From NCBI RefSeq assembly GCF_963921235.1, contig NC_086097.1:200448001-200512000 (forward strand): a stretch of 64,000 bases of DNA. Direction: 5' to 3'. Below are positions 48,101 through 61,314 of this stretch, in pieces (position 1 is the stretch's first letter; the number at the start of each line of letters is the position of its first letter). A program made the translations under genes and the position numbers. The notes below the pieces were generated by a model. That model was not told where the DNA came from. It saw nothing but the letters and a program-made list of their open reading frames with translations, and made no database searches. Source of the stretch: Mobula hypostoma. Its lineage: Eukaryota.

Positions 48101-50090
48101 TAATATAAAAAATAAAAGGGAGGTGAGAGTTGATATTAGATCACTGGAAAATGATGCTGGTGAGGTAGTAATGGGGGGGACAAAGAAATGGTAGATGAAC
48201 GTCAGGAGTACTTTGCATCAGCCTTCAATGTGGAAGACATTAGCAGTGTGCCAGATGCCTGTGAGTGTCAGGGAGCAGGAGTGAGTGCCATTCTTATTCC
48301 AGAGGTAGAAATGCTAGGCAGACTCCAAGGTCTGAGGTGGACAAATCACCTGGACCAGATGGACTATATTACAGAGTTCAGAGAGAGGTTGCTAAGAGGT
48401 AACAGCTGCATTGCCATGATCTTTCAAGAATCACTTGATTCTGGCATGGGCCTGGAGGACTGGAAGATTTCAAATGTCCACTCTTTAGGAAGGGTGGAAG
48501 GCAAAAGAATAGAAATTGTAGACCAATTAGGCTACCCTCAGTGGCTGGGAAAGTGTTGGAGTCTATTATTAAGGATGAGATTTTGGGATACTTGGAGACT
48601 AATGATAAAGTAAGTCTAAGTCAGCATGGTTTCTCTGAAAGGAAATCTTGCCTGACAAATCTGTTAGAGTTCTTCGAGGAAGTAACAAGCAGGGTGGAGA
48701 AAGGAGAGTCAGTGGATGTCATTGACTTGGACTTTCAGAAGGCATTTGATAAGGTGACGCACATGAGGCTGTTTAACAAGATAAGATCCTATGGCATGTC
48801 AGGAAAGTTACTGGCATGGATAGAGGAATGGCTGACAGACAGGAGGCAGTGGGTGGGAATAAAAGGGGCCTTTTCTGGGTGGCTGCCAGTGACTACTGGT
48901 GTTTACCAGGGGTGAGTACTGGGATCATTGCTTTTCACATTGTTTGTCAATGATTTGGATAATGGAATTGAAGGCTTTGTGGCAAAGTTTGCAGATAATA
49001 CAAAGATAGATGGAGGGGTAGGTGGTGCTGAGGAAGCAATGCGAGTGTAGCAGGACTTAGACAAATTGGTGGATGAGCAAAAAAGTGGCAGATGGAACAC
49101 AGTGTTGGGAAATGAAGATAATGTATTTTGGTAAAAGGAAAAATAGTGCAGACTATTATCTAAATGGGGAGAAAATTCAAACATCAGAGGTGCAGAGAGA
49201 CTTAGGAGTCCTCATAGAAACATAGAAAATAGGTGCAGGAGTAGGCCATTCGGCCCTTCGAGCCTGCACCGCCATTCAGTATGATCATGGCTGATCATCC
49301 AACTCAGAACCCTGTACCAGCCTTCCCTCCATACCCCCTGATCCCTTTAGCCACAAGGGCCATATCTAACTCCCTCTTAAATATAGCCAATGAACTGGCC
49401 TCAACTGTTTCCTGTGGCAGAGAATTCCACAGATAAGGCTCCCAGAAGGTTAATTTACAGGTTGGGTCTGTGGTAAATAAGGTAAATACAATGTTGGCAT
49501 TTATTTCAAGGGGACTAAAATATAAAAGCAAGGAGATAATGCTGAGCCTTTATAAGACACTAGTCAGGCAGCACTTGGAGTATTGTCAACAGCTTTGGGC
49601 CCCATATCTCAGAGGAGGTTCACGAGAATGATTGCAAGAATGAAGGGGTTAACATATGAGGAGCGCTTGGCAGCTTTGGGCCTGTACTCACTGGAATTTA
49701 GAAGAATGCAGAGGGATCTCATTGAAACCTACCAAATGTTGAAAAGACTAGATAAGGTGGATGTTGAGAGGATGTTTCCTATGGTGAATGTATCCAGAAC
49801 TCGAGGGCACAGCCTGAAAATTGAGGGGCGACCTTTTAGAGCAGATGTAAGGATGATTTTCTTTAGCCAGAGAGGAGTGAATCTGTGGAACGCTCTGCCA
49901 CAGACTGTATTGGAGGCCATGTCCATGGGTATATTTAAAGCGCAAGTTGATAGTTTCCAGATCAGTCAGGGCACCAAAGGATATGGTGAAAATGTCATGG
50001 GGTTGAGTGGGATATGGGGTCAGTCATGATGAAATGGTGGAGCAGACTGAATGGGCTATATGGCCTAGTTCTGCTCCTATGTCTAACTAC
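42110..50090 (+). mobile_element. Nested CR1 stack: A (42110-42870 + 47953-50090) contains B (42875-44064 + 46433-47952), which contains C (44065-46432); a minus-strand CR1 tail (49213-49433) is also inside A
   Basis: ORFs 42911..43435, 43678..44073, 44352..44873, 45341..46444, 46686..47535, 48541..48915 and 49583..50029. Each interrupted element resumes collinearly. TATAAGG flanks B. Confidence 0.88.
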
Positions 50091-50169
50091 AAGATGGAGG
50101 AGCATCCAGAAAGACTCAAGTTTCTTTCATAGGAGCACATGGAAGCCACTTGCAGAGAAAGGAGGAGAT

Positions 50170-50435
50170 TTAAAAAAAGAGATTACTTGTCATATGTATA
50201 TCGAAACATACGAAACAATGAGTCATTTGTATCAAATCAAATTAGCAAGGATTGTGCTGGGTAGCCCACGTTGTTGACGTCGCATGCCCATAACTCATAA
50301 CATGTCTTTGGAATGTGGGAGTAGCCAGAGGAAACCCACACTGCCAAAGGGGAGAACGTACAAACTCCCTACAGACAATGGCAGAAATCAAACCCCGATC
50401 GTACAGTTGTACTAACCACTATGCTACCACGCTGC
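50170..50435 (-). mobile_element. V-SINE-like element
   Basis: GGAATGTGGGAG…GGAAACCCAC…GGGAGAACGTACAAACTCC…CTAACCACTATGCTACC, homologous to 31250-31405. Confidence 0.75.
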
Positions 50436-51881
50436 TCACATTCTTAACAAGCCACTGTTTCAAAGGCTTCCTACTGCACCTGTAAATATTGTGTAGAACT
50501 CTTGTTAAGCCACATTTATCATAGGATGAATGGTTAATATTTATTAATAATGTGGGGATAATGCTGAATTGTGGATATTGTCATAATATATGGAACTTAA
50601 CTACAGATATTAGCATTTGCTAAATGCAAACATTCCATAATGTTAACAAGAACCCACAATGTATGTGACACACTTAAACATCCATGGCAAATAAGCAAAT
50701 AAATCAGGCAAGCTAATACCCTGCATCCCAGGCAGTAATCAAATGGCTTTATTCTGTGGGATTCTGCTGTATTTGCCACATCTGAGTCATCACAGAATTC
50801 ATAAGATGGACATTTCTTGTAAAATGGCTAATAATTCCAGGAGCTCATCCTTACAGCCCCATAGATTAATGGAAGTGATTACTCAGCCCATTTTATCTAC
50901 CTCCTCACAAGAAAACAATTACACTTTATAAAAGCTGAGATAACACCTTTTGACACTTTCCCTTCACTCATCAGATTTCCATGTCTCTTCTCAACATTCT
51001 CTGCATTAAGCAAAAAATAGATTAATAATTAATTGAAATCCTTTAACTACAAACATCTTCCTTTCCCTTGGCTGTTAGTATATCATTTTCTTATTGGATA
51101 GACCAGTGCTATCTGTCAGTCCCTCATTTGGAAGAACAACTCTGTTCATTCAGTGTAAACCAGATTAGATTTTGGGACTGTTGTTTTACAGAATAGCAAT
51201 TTATTCCCTCCTCCACATTCCACCCTCAACTTCATTGCAATAACAGAGCCATTAATTTATCATCAGCATTGTCATGGGAAATCTGCTGGTAATAAAAAGT
51301 AAATTAAATCCATTAAAGCTAAAAAAGTGGCTTACTCCTCAAAACTTTTATGCTCTTGAGCGTAATTGAAAACACCAGCCAACAATGATATTTAATAACC
51401 CTGAAATAGTTAATAAACCTAGATAATAAAAATTAAAATTGTGCATAATCAGAACAATTTATAATGTATCAGAAATGCCCCTGAGGACTAAGGTGCATTT
51501 GAACATCTAAATGGAAACAACACAACTATATTTAATGCTGTCCCTCTTCCCATGGTTAACTTATAGTCAATTTTTATCAAATCAATCCTGTTTCGTAAAA
51601 ATTAAAATACTTCAGCAATTGCTGATCTGAAACAAAACAGAAAATTCTGAAAATACCCATCAGATTGGTAGAAAGCAAAATAGTTAATGCTTCTTTCATA
51701 TTCACACTTTTTCTATTAGACGTTTCCAATTTTTATTTAAGAGCTGATTCTCCTAGATGAAAAGCCAAAAGGCTATTCACAGGGTCACCCATATACTGTG
51801 GACTCTCTGCAGCCCCAGTTGGCTGGGGATCAACAGCTTGTTTGTTGGGTATTGTCTAAGAAGGACCATCTTGCAGGGTCT

Positions 51882-53910
51882 TAGAAAACCACAGAAACCA
51901 TAGAAAAAACTACAGCACAGAAACAGGCCTTTTGGCCCTTCTTGGCTGTGCTGAACTATCTTCTGCCCAGTCCCACTGACCTGCACACAGACCATATCCC
52001 TCCATACACCTCCCATCCATGTATCTGTCCAATTTATTCTTAAATGTTAAAAAAGAACCCGCATTTACCACCTCGTCTGGCAGCTCATTCCATACTCCCA
52101 CCACTCTCTGTGTGAAGAAGCCCTCCCTAATGTTCCCTTTAAACTTTTCCCCCCCAACCCTTAACCCATGTCCTCTGGTTTTTTTTCTCCCCTTGCCTCA
52201 GTGGAAAAAGCCTGCTTGCATTCACTCTATCTATACCCATCATAATTTTATATACCTCTATCAAATCTCCCCTCATTCTTCTACGCTCCAGGGAATAACG
52301 TCCTAACCTATTCAACCTTTCTCTGTAACTGAATTTTTCAAGTCTGGCAACATCCTTGTAAACCTTCTCTGCACTCTTTCAACCTTATTTATATCCTTCC
52401 TGTAATTTGGTGACCGAAACTGAACACAATACTCCAGATTCGGCCTCACCAATGCCTTATACAACCTCATCATAACATTCCAGCTCTTATACTCAATACT
52501 TCGATTAATAAATGCCAATGTACCAAAAGCTCTCTTTACAACCCTATCTACCTGTGACGCCACTTTTAGGGAATTTTGTATCTGTATTCCCAGATCCCTC
52601 TGTTCTACTGCATTCCTCAGTGCCTTACCATCAACCCTGTATGTTCTACCTTGGTTTGTCCTTCCAACGTGCAATACCTCACACTTGTCAGTATTAAACT
52701 CCATCTGCCATTTTTCAGCCCATTTTTCCAGCTGGTCCAAGTCCCTCTGCAGGCTCTGAAAACCTTCCTCACTGTCCACCACACCTCCAATCTTTGTATC
52801 ATCAGCAAATTTGCTGATCCAATTTACCACATTATCATCCAGATCATTGATATAGATGACAAATAACAATGGACCCAGCACTGATCCCTGTGGCACACCA
52901 CTAGTCACAGGCCTCCACACTGAGAAGCAATTCTCTACTACCACTCTTTGGCTTCTACCATTGAGCCAATGTCTAATCCAATTTACCACCTCTCCATGTA
53001 TACCTAGTGACTGAACCTTCCTAACTAACCTCCCATGCGGGACCTTGTCAAAGGCCTTACTGAAGTCCATGTAGACAACATCCACTGCCTTCCCTTCATC
53101 CACTTTCCTGGTAATCTCCTTGAAAAACTCCATTAGATTGGTCAAACATGACTACCAGGCACAAAGCCATGTTGACTCTCCCTAATAAGCCCCTGTCTAT
53201 CCAAATGCTTGTAGATTCTGTCTCTTAGTACTCCCTCCAATAACTTACCCACTACTGACGTCAGAGTTCCGGCCTATAATTACTTTTCGATCCTTTTTCA
53301 AACAACGGAACAACATGAGCCACTCTCCAATCCTCCGGCACCTCACCCGTAGACACCGACATTTTAAATATATCTGCCAGGGCCCCCGCAATTTCAACAC
53401 TAGTCTCCTTCAAGGTCCGAGGGAATACCCTGTCAGGTCCTCGGGATTTATCCACTTTAATTTACCTCAAGATAGCAAGCACCTCCTCCTTTTCGATCTG
53501 TACAGTTTACATGATCTCACTACTTGTTTCCTTTAATTCCATAGACTTCATGCCAGTTTCCTTAGTAAATACAGACGCAAAAAACCCATTTAAGATCTCC
53601 CCCATTTCTTTTGGTTCCGCACATAGTCGACCACTCTGATCTTCAAGAGGACCAATTTTATCCCTTACAATCCTTTTGCTTTTAATATACCTGTAAAAGC
53701 TCTTTGGATTATCCTTCACTTTGACTGCCAAGGCAACCTCATGTCTTCTTTTAGCCCTCCTGATTTCTTTCTTAAGTATTTTCTTGCACTTTTTATACTC
53801 CTCAAGCACCTTATTTACTCCCTGTTTTCTATACATGTCATACAACTCTCTCTTCTTCTTTATCAGAGTTGCAATATCCCTTGAGAACCAAGGTTCTTTA
53901 TTCCTATGCT
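51882..53910 (-). mobile_element. CR1 LINE, 5'-truncated RT to 3' end
   Basis: ORFs 53507..53845, 53261..53455, 52312..53145 (FADD) and 51910..52104. (AGAAACC)n tail. Confidence 0.93.
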
Positions 53911-53914
53911 TTTA

Positions 53915-55040
53915 AAAAATTGGACACTGATTTTCTGGCAGCATTCTTTCTGCTGATACTGGTGGTTTGGAGCTGAGCTGTTGGAGCAAACAAAACAGTT
54001 TAGACAATGGGCAGTCCAACAGTCATTAGTTCCTTGCAATGTACAGGTGATTTTGATACCCTTGCTGATTCTTGCTCAATGATATAAGAGGGTGCAATGC
54101 CCGGACTGGGACGTTGTTGTGAAGTCTTGGCTGTTCTGACAAAGTTGGGTCCTATTTACGACAAGGCCAAGCTTCAAGCAATTCATCAGAAGATAATCAT
54201 CATTGGAAGTTTGGCTTCCCTACCATTTCATTATTATTTGCATGTTTCTATAAGATTGTGTCTTGTTCTACCATGCTGTTGAAGTCAGCCAGGACAATCT
54301 ATTTGTCTGTTTTTGTAACATGAATCAGGAAATTTTCAGTGCTGGAGTGGTAGTCATCCTTGGCCTCATTCAGAGTTTCCAGGGATGGGAAGTATGCTTT
54401 AATGATCCAAGCATATAGATTTTGCAATAAAATGTCCAAAGCACATGAGATATCGGTGATTCCACAAGGAGAGACATGAAAACGTATCATCAGTTCATTT
54501 TTGATGAGAAAGCTCAGTCCATGAAGATTGCATTCTGCTTCCAATCAAAAAGACACTGTGTTGTTCTTTGATTTAACCATCTCTTCCCTACCACATCCTA
54601 TTCAAGGCAAGAATGTCAATGTCAAAACATTAGAGTTCATGAGTTATGACAGCAGAGCAATGTTCAGTCTGTGGCTGCCACCTCGTCCATGTGTGCCCCT
54701 ACAAAACACAACCTGACCTTCTTATTGGGAATTAGAAGTTAGTCAGTTCCAGCTTTTAACATAAGGTTTATGACTCCAAGAAAAATACAAGAAATGACAC
54801 CAGTTACTTTTTTTATAGACTTGTTCCAACCCCCCCACTGACATTTTAGACTCCATCAGCTGGGAGGGATTGCAAGTCTCATCCTCTCGTGTGCTTGAAA
54901 GAACAAATCAATGACAACTTGGATCTTGGCCTTCCAGTGTGAGGAAATACAAAGCAGAGTCTCTATACTACAACTCATCACTGAAGTTAGGGTAATCTTG
55001 GTTTCTTGGTTCCTGGTTCTGAAACAACATTCCAGCAATT
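53915..55040 (-). mobile_element. Old RTE-clade LINE relic (5' region and endonuclease)
   Basis: ORF 54299..54544 HGLSFLIKNEL…PCGIT…IIKAYFPSL…AKDDYHSS…HVTKTDK resembles the RTE APE motif HGVGFAIK…IISAYAPTL…KEDFYS. Confidence 0.7.
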
Positions 55041-55049
55041 ATGAATCCA

Positions 55050-58000
55050 ATTAACTATCTCCCTTTAGATCGTATACATTCTAACATCCCGGACCTGATT
55101 GCAATGTTGGACTCTGTCAAAGGCCTTAATAAAATTCATAACGACAACCTCCACCCTCCCCTCATCTATCCTCTTGGTTACCTGTTTGAATAACAAAGAT
55201 TCATCAGACATGTCTTTCTAAATAGAAAGTATGACTATCCCTAAGTAGACCTTATCCTTCCAATGATGATAAGACTAAAAGATCATAAGATATAGGAACA
55301 GAATTAAGTCATTTGGCCTATTGAGTCTGCTCCGCCATTTCATCATGTCTGATCCAATTTTCCTTTCAGCCACAGTCTCCCACCTTCTCCCCATATCCCT
55401 TCATGCCCTGACCAATCAGGAATCTATCAACCTCTACCTTAAATATACATAAAGACTGGGCCTCCACAGCTACCTGGGGCATAGAATTACTCAGAGTCAC
55501 CACTCCCTGGCTTAAAAAAAATCCTCATCTCCATTCTAAAAGAATGCCCCTCTATACCGAGGCTGTGTCTTCTGGTCTTAGACTCTCCCACTATAGGAAA
55601 CATCCTCAACATCCTCTCTAAAGCCACTCTACCTAGGCAATTCACAATTTGATAGGTTTCAATGAGGTCACCCTTCAGTCTTCTGAATGCTAGTGAATAC
55701 AGGCCCAGATCTATCAAACGCTTTTCTTTTGACAAGCCATTCAATCCTGGAATCATTTTTGTGAATCTCCTTTGAACCCTCTCTTGTTTAGCACATCTTT
55801 TCTAAGAGAAAACTTGCTCAGAATACTCCAAGTGCGGCCTCACCAGTGCTTTATGAAGTTTCAACATTACATCCTTACTTTTATATTCTAGTCCTCTTGA
55901 AACGAATGCTAACATTGCATTTGCCTTCCTCACCACAGACTCAACCTGCAAAGTAGCCTTTAGGGAATCCTGTACAAGGATTCCCAAAGCCCCTTTGAAC
56001 TTCAGATTTTTGTGTTTTCTCTCCATTTAGAAAATTGTCAACCTTTTCATTTCTTCTACCAAAGTCCATGACTGTACACTTCCTGACATTATATTTCATC
56101 TGCCATTTCTTTGCCCATTCTCCTAATTGATTAAAGTCTTTCTTAAGCCTCTCTACTTCCTCAAAACAACCTGTTCCTCCATCTATCTTCATTTCATCTG
56201 CAAACTTTTCAACAAAGCTATCATTTCCGTCATCCAAATCCTTGTAAAAAGAATTGGTCCCAACACAGAATTCTGTGGAACACCACGAGTTACCGGCAGC
56301 CAGCCAGAAAAGGTTCCCTTTATTCCCACCCTTTGCCTCCTGTCAATCAGCCACTTAAGGGGTTCCTGAGGGACAGATCCTGTCTTGCAGGAACCCCTTC
56401 AATAACTTACTGTCGGGCTCACCAATCTATAGTCCTCTGCTGCCCTTCTTAAATAATAATCATTAGCAACTCCTCAGTCTTACAGAACCTCATTTGCAGC
56501 TAAAGGTGAAGCAAATATCTCTACATGGCCCTCCATAATTTCTTCTCTAGATTCACTAAAAAACATAAGGAAGCACCTGGTCAAGCTTGAGAATTTAACC
56601 ACCTTAATGTGCTAGAACTTCATTTCTAGTAACTCATGTGTGGTCCAAGGTATCACCACTCATTTCTTCATTTCTTCACCATCCATCTTTTTTTCTACAG
56701 TAAATACAGATGAAAAATATTCATCAAAAAACCTTACCCATTTCCACACAAATAATGTTAATCATTAAGGAGATTGATTCTCTCCCTTGCACTTTGTACT
56801 TTTAATATACCTATATAATCTCTTGAGAGTTTCCTGAACCCTGCCTGTCAGATACATCTCATACCGTCTTTCTGCCTTCCTGATTTCCCTCTTTATGTAC
56901 TCTACAGCCATAGTCAGACGGACTTACAGGTTCCTCAGCGTCTAATGATGGAGCCTAGGTCCCACACCAGCAGGTTCAAGGAAAGTTATTACTCTTCAAC
57001 CATCATAGGTAATTTTACTCACTCTGAACTGATTCTTTAACCAATGGATTTACTATCAAGGACCCTACAAATGGTATACTCACTATTATTTATTTATTAA
57101 TTCTAATTTTTTTCTGTATTTGTACAGGTTGTCTTCTTTTGGTTGTTTGTCTGTCCTTGTGTGTAGTTTTTCATCTATTCTATCATATTTCCTTATTCTC
57201 TGTGAATGCCTGCAAGAAAAATTAATCTCAAGGTAGTATATCGTGATACACACGTATTTTGAAAATAAATTGTAATGTATGACCCTTTCATTTTCCTGAC
57301 CAGAACTTCACTATCTCTTGTCAACTAAGTACGCTGCCTATGGACTCTTTATATCTCACTCTTAAAAGCTTTCTACTCGCCAATTGCTCTTCACCAGCAA
57401 ACAGTCTCACCTACTCGACCTCTGCTTAATGCTTCCCAAATTGGTCCTGCCCCAATTAAGGACCCTTTACTATGGACCAGTCATACCTTTTTCCATCATT
57501 ATTTAAAAACAAATAGATTTATGGTCATTGGACCAAACATGCTTTCTGACTGACACTTGCCATACCTTATTCCCAAAGAGGAGGTCTAGTGTTGTCCCTT
57601 GACTAGTAGGGCTCCATATTCAGGAAATTTTCTTGGACACCTTTAATAAATTCCAACACTTCCAAACCACTGCTGTTATGGGTGGGCCAATCAATATTAG
57701 GGAAATCAAAATCTCCTATTAATACTACCCAATTACTCTTGCAACGATCTCCAATCTCTCCACACATCTACATCTCTAGTTCCCACTTACTGTTGGTTGA
57801 GGGAGGAGGGGAAAATCGCATCAAAGTGAACATTCCCTTCCTGCTTCTAAGTTCTACCCAAATGACCTGACTGGATGATCCCCAGAAGTATCTTTTCTAA
57901 GAGCTATTATTATATACTCCTAGGTATCTCACCTGCATCTCAGTCATGCCTTGTAGCATTTTTATCTTAGAACATTGAGCTGCCAGTCTTTCTCTCTGTT

Positions 58001-58520
58001 ATAGAAATGATATTCCAGTTACCAGAGCCAGTCTACACCCTGAATTCATCTGCCTCCCTGTTAAACCTCTTCCACTGAAGTTAATGCAGTTTAAACTTGC
58101 TGTCTTTCCTTTCCTTTTTCTATGCTAGTGATTTTTCTGACTAGTATTCTTGTTCTCAATGGCTGCAATATTTTCCTTCGGGTTTTCATTGGTCTCTCTA
58201 CTGCTCAGTGACCCAATCCCTGCCAATCCTGTCTAAAGGCTTCACAATAATACCAATAAATCTCTCTGCCAGGATATTGGTGCCTCTCCTGTGTAGGTGC
58301 AACCTGTCTCTCTTCCGTAGGACCCAGAAGAGATCCGAATTTTTCAAAATCCTGTATTCCTGCCCCATGCACCAGCTGTTTAGCCATTCATTCATGTGGT
58401 CTATCCTTTTATTTCTGCACTCATAAATATATGGCACTGGGAGTAATCCAGAGATCACTACCCTCGAGGCTGCTTCTTAATTTCTTACCTAATCCCCTGC
58501 ATTCACTCTGCCATTTAAGC
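55050..58520 (-). mobile_element. Old CR1 (ORF1 end to RT) interrupted by a younger CR1 (55275-56355) and a Rex-like tail (+, ~56905-57270)
   Basis: ORF 58198..58458 (ISGLLPVP…DRLHLHRRGTNILAERF) and ORFs 55487..56237 (FADE). Confidence 0.8.
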
Positions 58521-58789
58521 ATGAAAAGTAAATGAGACATTACTGTACCTTACCTGTACACCTAGTCAGTTTGCTCTCCCTGAAACTGCATATGCCAGTG
58601 CCTCAGAATTAATTCTCAACCACAGCCACCCCCAACAATGGCCATGCCAAACTGGCCATTCCACTAATGGCTTTATTGGTTGGTGTGTCTCACAATTGAT
58701 CAATCAGATTTGTTTCATCGGCTCTGCTGATAAGTAAAGTAGCCCTGTTCCTCTTCTCCTCCTGGCAATAAACACACCAGACACATAAC

Positions 58790-58990
58790 ATTTTCACAAA
58801 TTCAATATGTCCCAAAAATGCTTTAAAAGTAGCACTTTGAAATATAATCATCATTGCAATGTGAGAAAATTCACAGCCACTTAACATGAAGAATGGTCTC
58901 CATTACAGGAATAACATAATGACCAAATAATCCAAGTCACTAATGTTGGTTGAGGGCGAGTTAAACGAAGAATACAGGTGAGCACTGGAA
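58790..58990 (-). mobile_element. Degenerate Deu-domain (SacSINE/AmnSINE-like) SINE relic
   Basis: GTCCCAAAAATGCTTTA…CACTTTGAAATATAATCA…GCAATGTGAGAAA…ATAATGACCAAATAATC…ATGTTGGTTGAGGG resembles the Deu core from memory; not verified. Confidence 0.45.
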
Positions 58991-59799
58991 GAATATTTTA
59001 TATATTAATTCATGTATCCTTCAAGTATGGATAATTTTGTTCATATCAGCAAACAGTATTAAGTTTGCCATTATCTACTCTCCTAGATTTTTTAAAAACA
59101 GGTTAACTAACATGCGAAAATCCTTATTTTGTATTAAGGGAACAATATTGCCTTTTCAAAAAAATTGCTTCAAATATAAAGAGCACAGATCTTGCGAGAT
59201 GAAATAAAAATAACAAATTTTTTGAGATAGACAGCATTTGTTCAATATCTGTAGCAATAAAGTGAAGTCATTCTACAGGTGATACAGAAGTAAAATTTTA
59301 AAAAGCCTTATGGAAATTCATATTTTCTGGATTTCACAGCTTGAACCTGCAGACTTAAAGATCTCTTTACTAAACTATTTCATAGTTTGTATATTACTGT
59401 TAACAGTCACTAACAGTGAAAATTCCTAGTCAGTGTTTGTCTGTCAGCACAAGTTCAGTGAGCCAAAAGGACCTGTTTCTATTCTGCAGATTCTAGGATT
59501 CCATATCAGAAAGTGACAGATATTACATCAGTGGTGTGTGCAAAATTTGCAAGTTTCTAATTCCAATGTCACTAGGCGGATTTTCATGATTTACAGAATG
59601 CCTTTTGGATCTAAGAAAGAATAGTAAAACCCCTGGACTACTTAAAAGCAAAAGGGTTGGCAATCTAAAGCTGCCAAAATTTCTAAATTTATGCAAGCTG
59701 CAGCCCCTATTGTTTGATTACTACAATTGTCAGTTTACTTCCAATGTGGTGTCTGATACCTTTGAGCATGTGTAGCTTGAGAGTCATGTTGACTGTCAT

Positions 59800-60895
59800 A
59801 GTGCCTTCGATACCAGACAGCCCTCACTGCTGGGGGAAAAGCTCCATCCAATGCAGGTTGGCACTACCATTGTATCCTCGATAACAGACTACCTGACTGG
59901 CGGACCACAGTTTGTGCAGCTTCAGAACGGCGTGTCAGACATGGCTCTAAGCAACACTGGAGCCCCACAGGGGACTGTATTGGCTCCCTTTGGTTTACCC
60001 TGTATATCTTGGACTTTAGATACAACACTGAGTCATGTCATCTGCAGAAATTCTCTGATGACTCACCAACGGTTGTGTGCATAAAGGACGGTAGGATGAA
60101 TACAGGGCTCTGGGGGAAGACTTTGTCAAATGGTGCAAGCAGAATCATCTGCAGCTCGACATCAGTAAGACAAAAGAGATGGCGATAGACTTTAGGAAGA
60201 CTAAGCCTACACTGCTCTCTGTTACTACTGATGGTGAGGATGTGGATGTGGTGAGGACCTACAAGTACCTGGGCGTGCACCTAAATGACAGACTTGAGTG
60301 GAGCACCAACACAGAGGCTGTGTACAAGAAGGACCAGAATGGTAAATGTACAAGAAGGACAAGAAAGACCCCTACTTCCTAAGGAGACTGAGGTTTTTTG
60401 GAGTATGTAGGCCTCTCTTTCACATGTTCTACCAGCCTGTTGTTGCCAGTACAATCTTTGATGCAGTGGTGGGCTGCAGCAATGGCATCAACACAGGTGA
60501 TGCCAGCAGGCTTAATAAACTGACTTGATAGGCTAGCTCTGTTATAGGGGTCAAAATAGACACACAAGGCTGTGGTGGAACAAAAGACCCTATGGAAAAT
60601 CTTGGCAATTCTAGACAGTGTTTCTCACTGTCTGCCTGCCACCCTGACTGAACAGAGGAGCACTTTCAGTAATAGACTAAGACAACTGCACGGCTCCAAA
60701 GAGTGCTGTATGAGGTCATCCATTAGGCTCTATAACGAGTCTACCTGTAGCTGTGGAAGTAATGAACACGCCTGTTAAACTGTTTGAGGTAACTTATTGT
60801 TATTCTTTCTTACTTCTCCTCTAATATCTTTATATCTGTGCATATGTAATGCTACTGTGACATTGTAATTTCCTTTGGGATCAAAGTATCTCTAT
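59800..60895 (+). mobile_element. Rex1-like LINE, RT to 3' end
   Basis: ORFs 59851..60084 (NTGAPQGTVLAPF), 60179..60382 (YKYLGVHLNDRLEWSTN) and 60346..60528. Confidence 0.88.
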
Positions 60896-61314
60896 TGGGA
60901 AGGGCTCGGATGCATGCAGCATTTTTAATTGCGGGAAATATGCAGAGCAAGCAAACTCTGATGGAAATGCTGTTCAAATGGAATTCAATTACGTGGCTAA
61001 CACCATGGTTAATAATGTGCAGTGGATTAAGCATTCAGAAGCAGATTGGTTACTGATTGTTTTCTTCCGGGCATTATTTCAAATTGACGAACATTTAATG
61101 CTCTAGATTTATTTATCATCAGCAGGGGAGTGGTGTCAATATTGACTCAAGCCAACTGTTGGGTAGTTTGTGGGGCAGTCTGTTTCCTCCACTACTTAGA
61201 CAATTCTTGTGGATGGACAAGAAGGGAGTGAAGTAGGTGAGTGGAAGATTGAAGATTGCAGGGTGGTTTGAGGGAAGAAGAGAAGGAGAAAGGATGGAGG
61301 AAGAAAGGAAGCCC

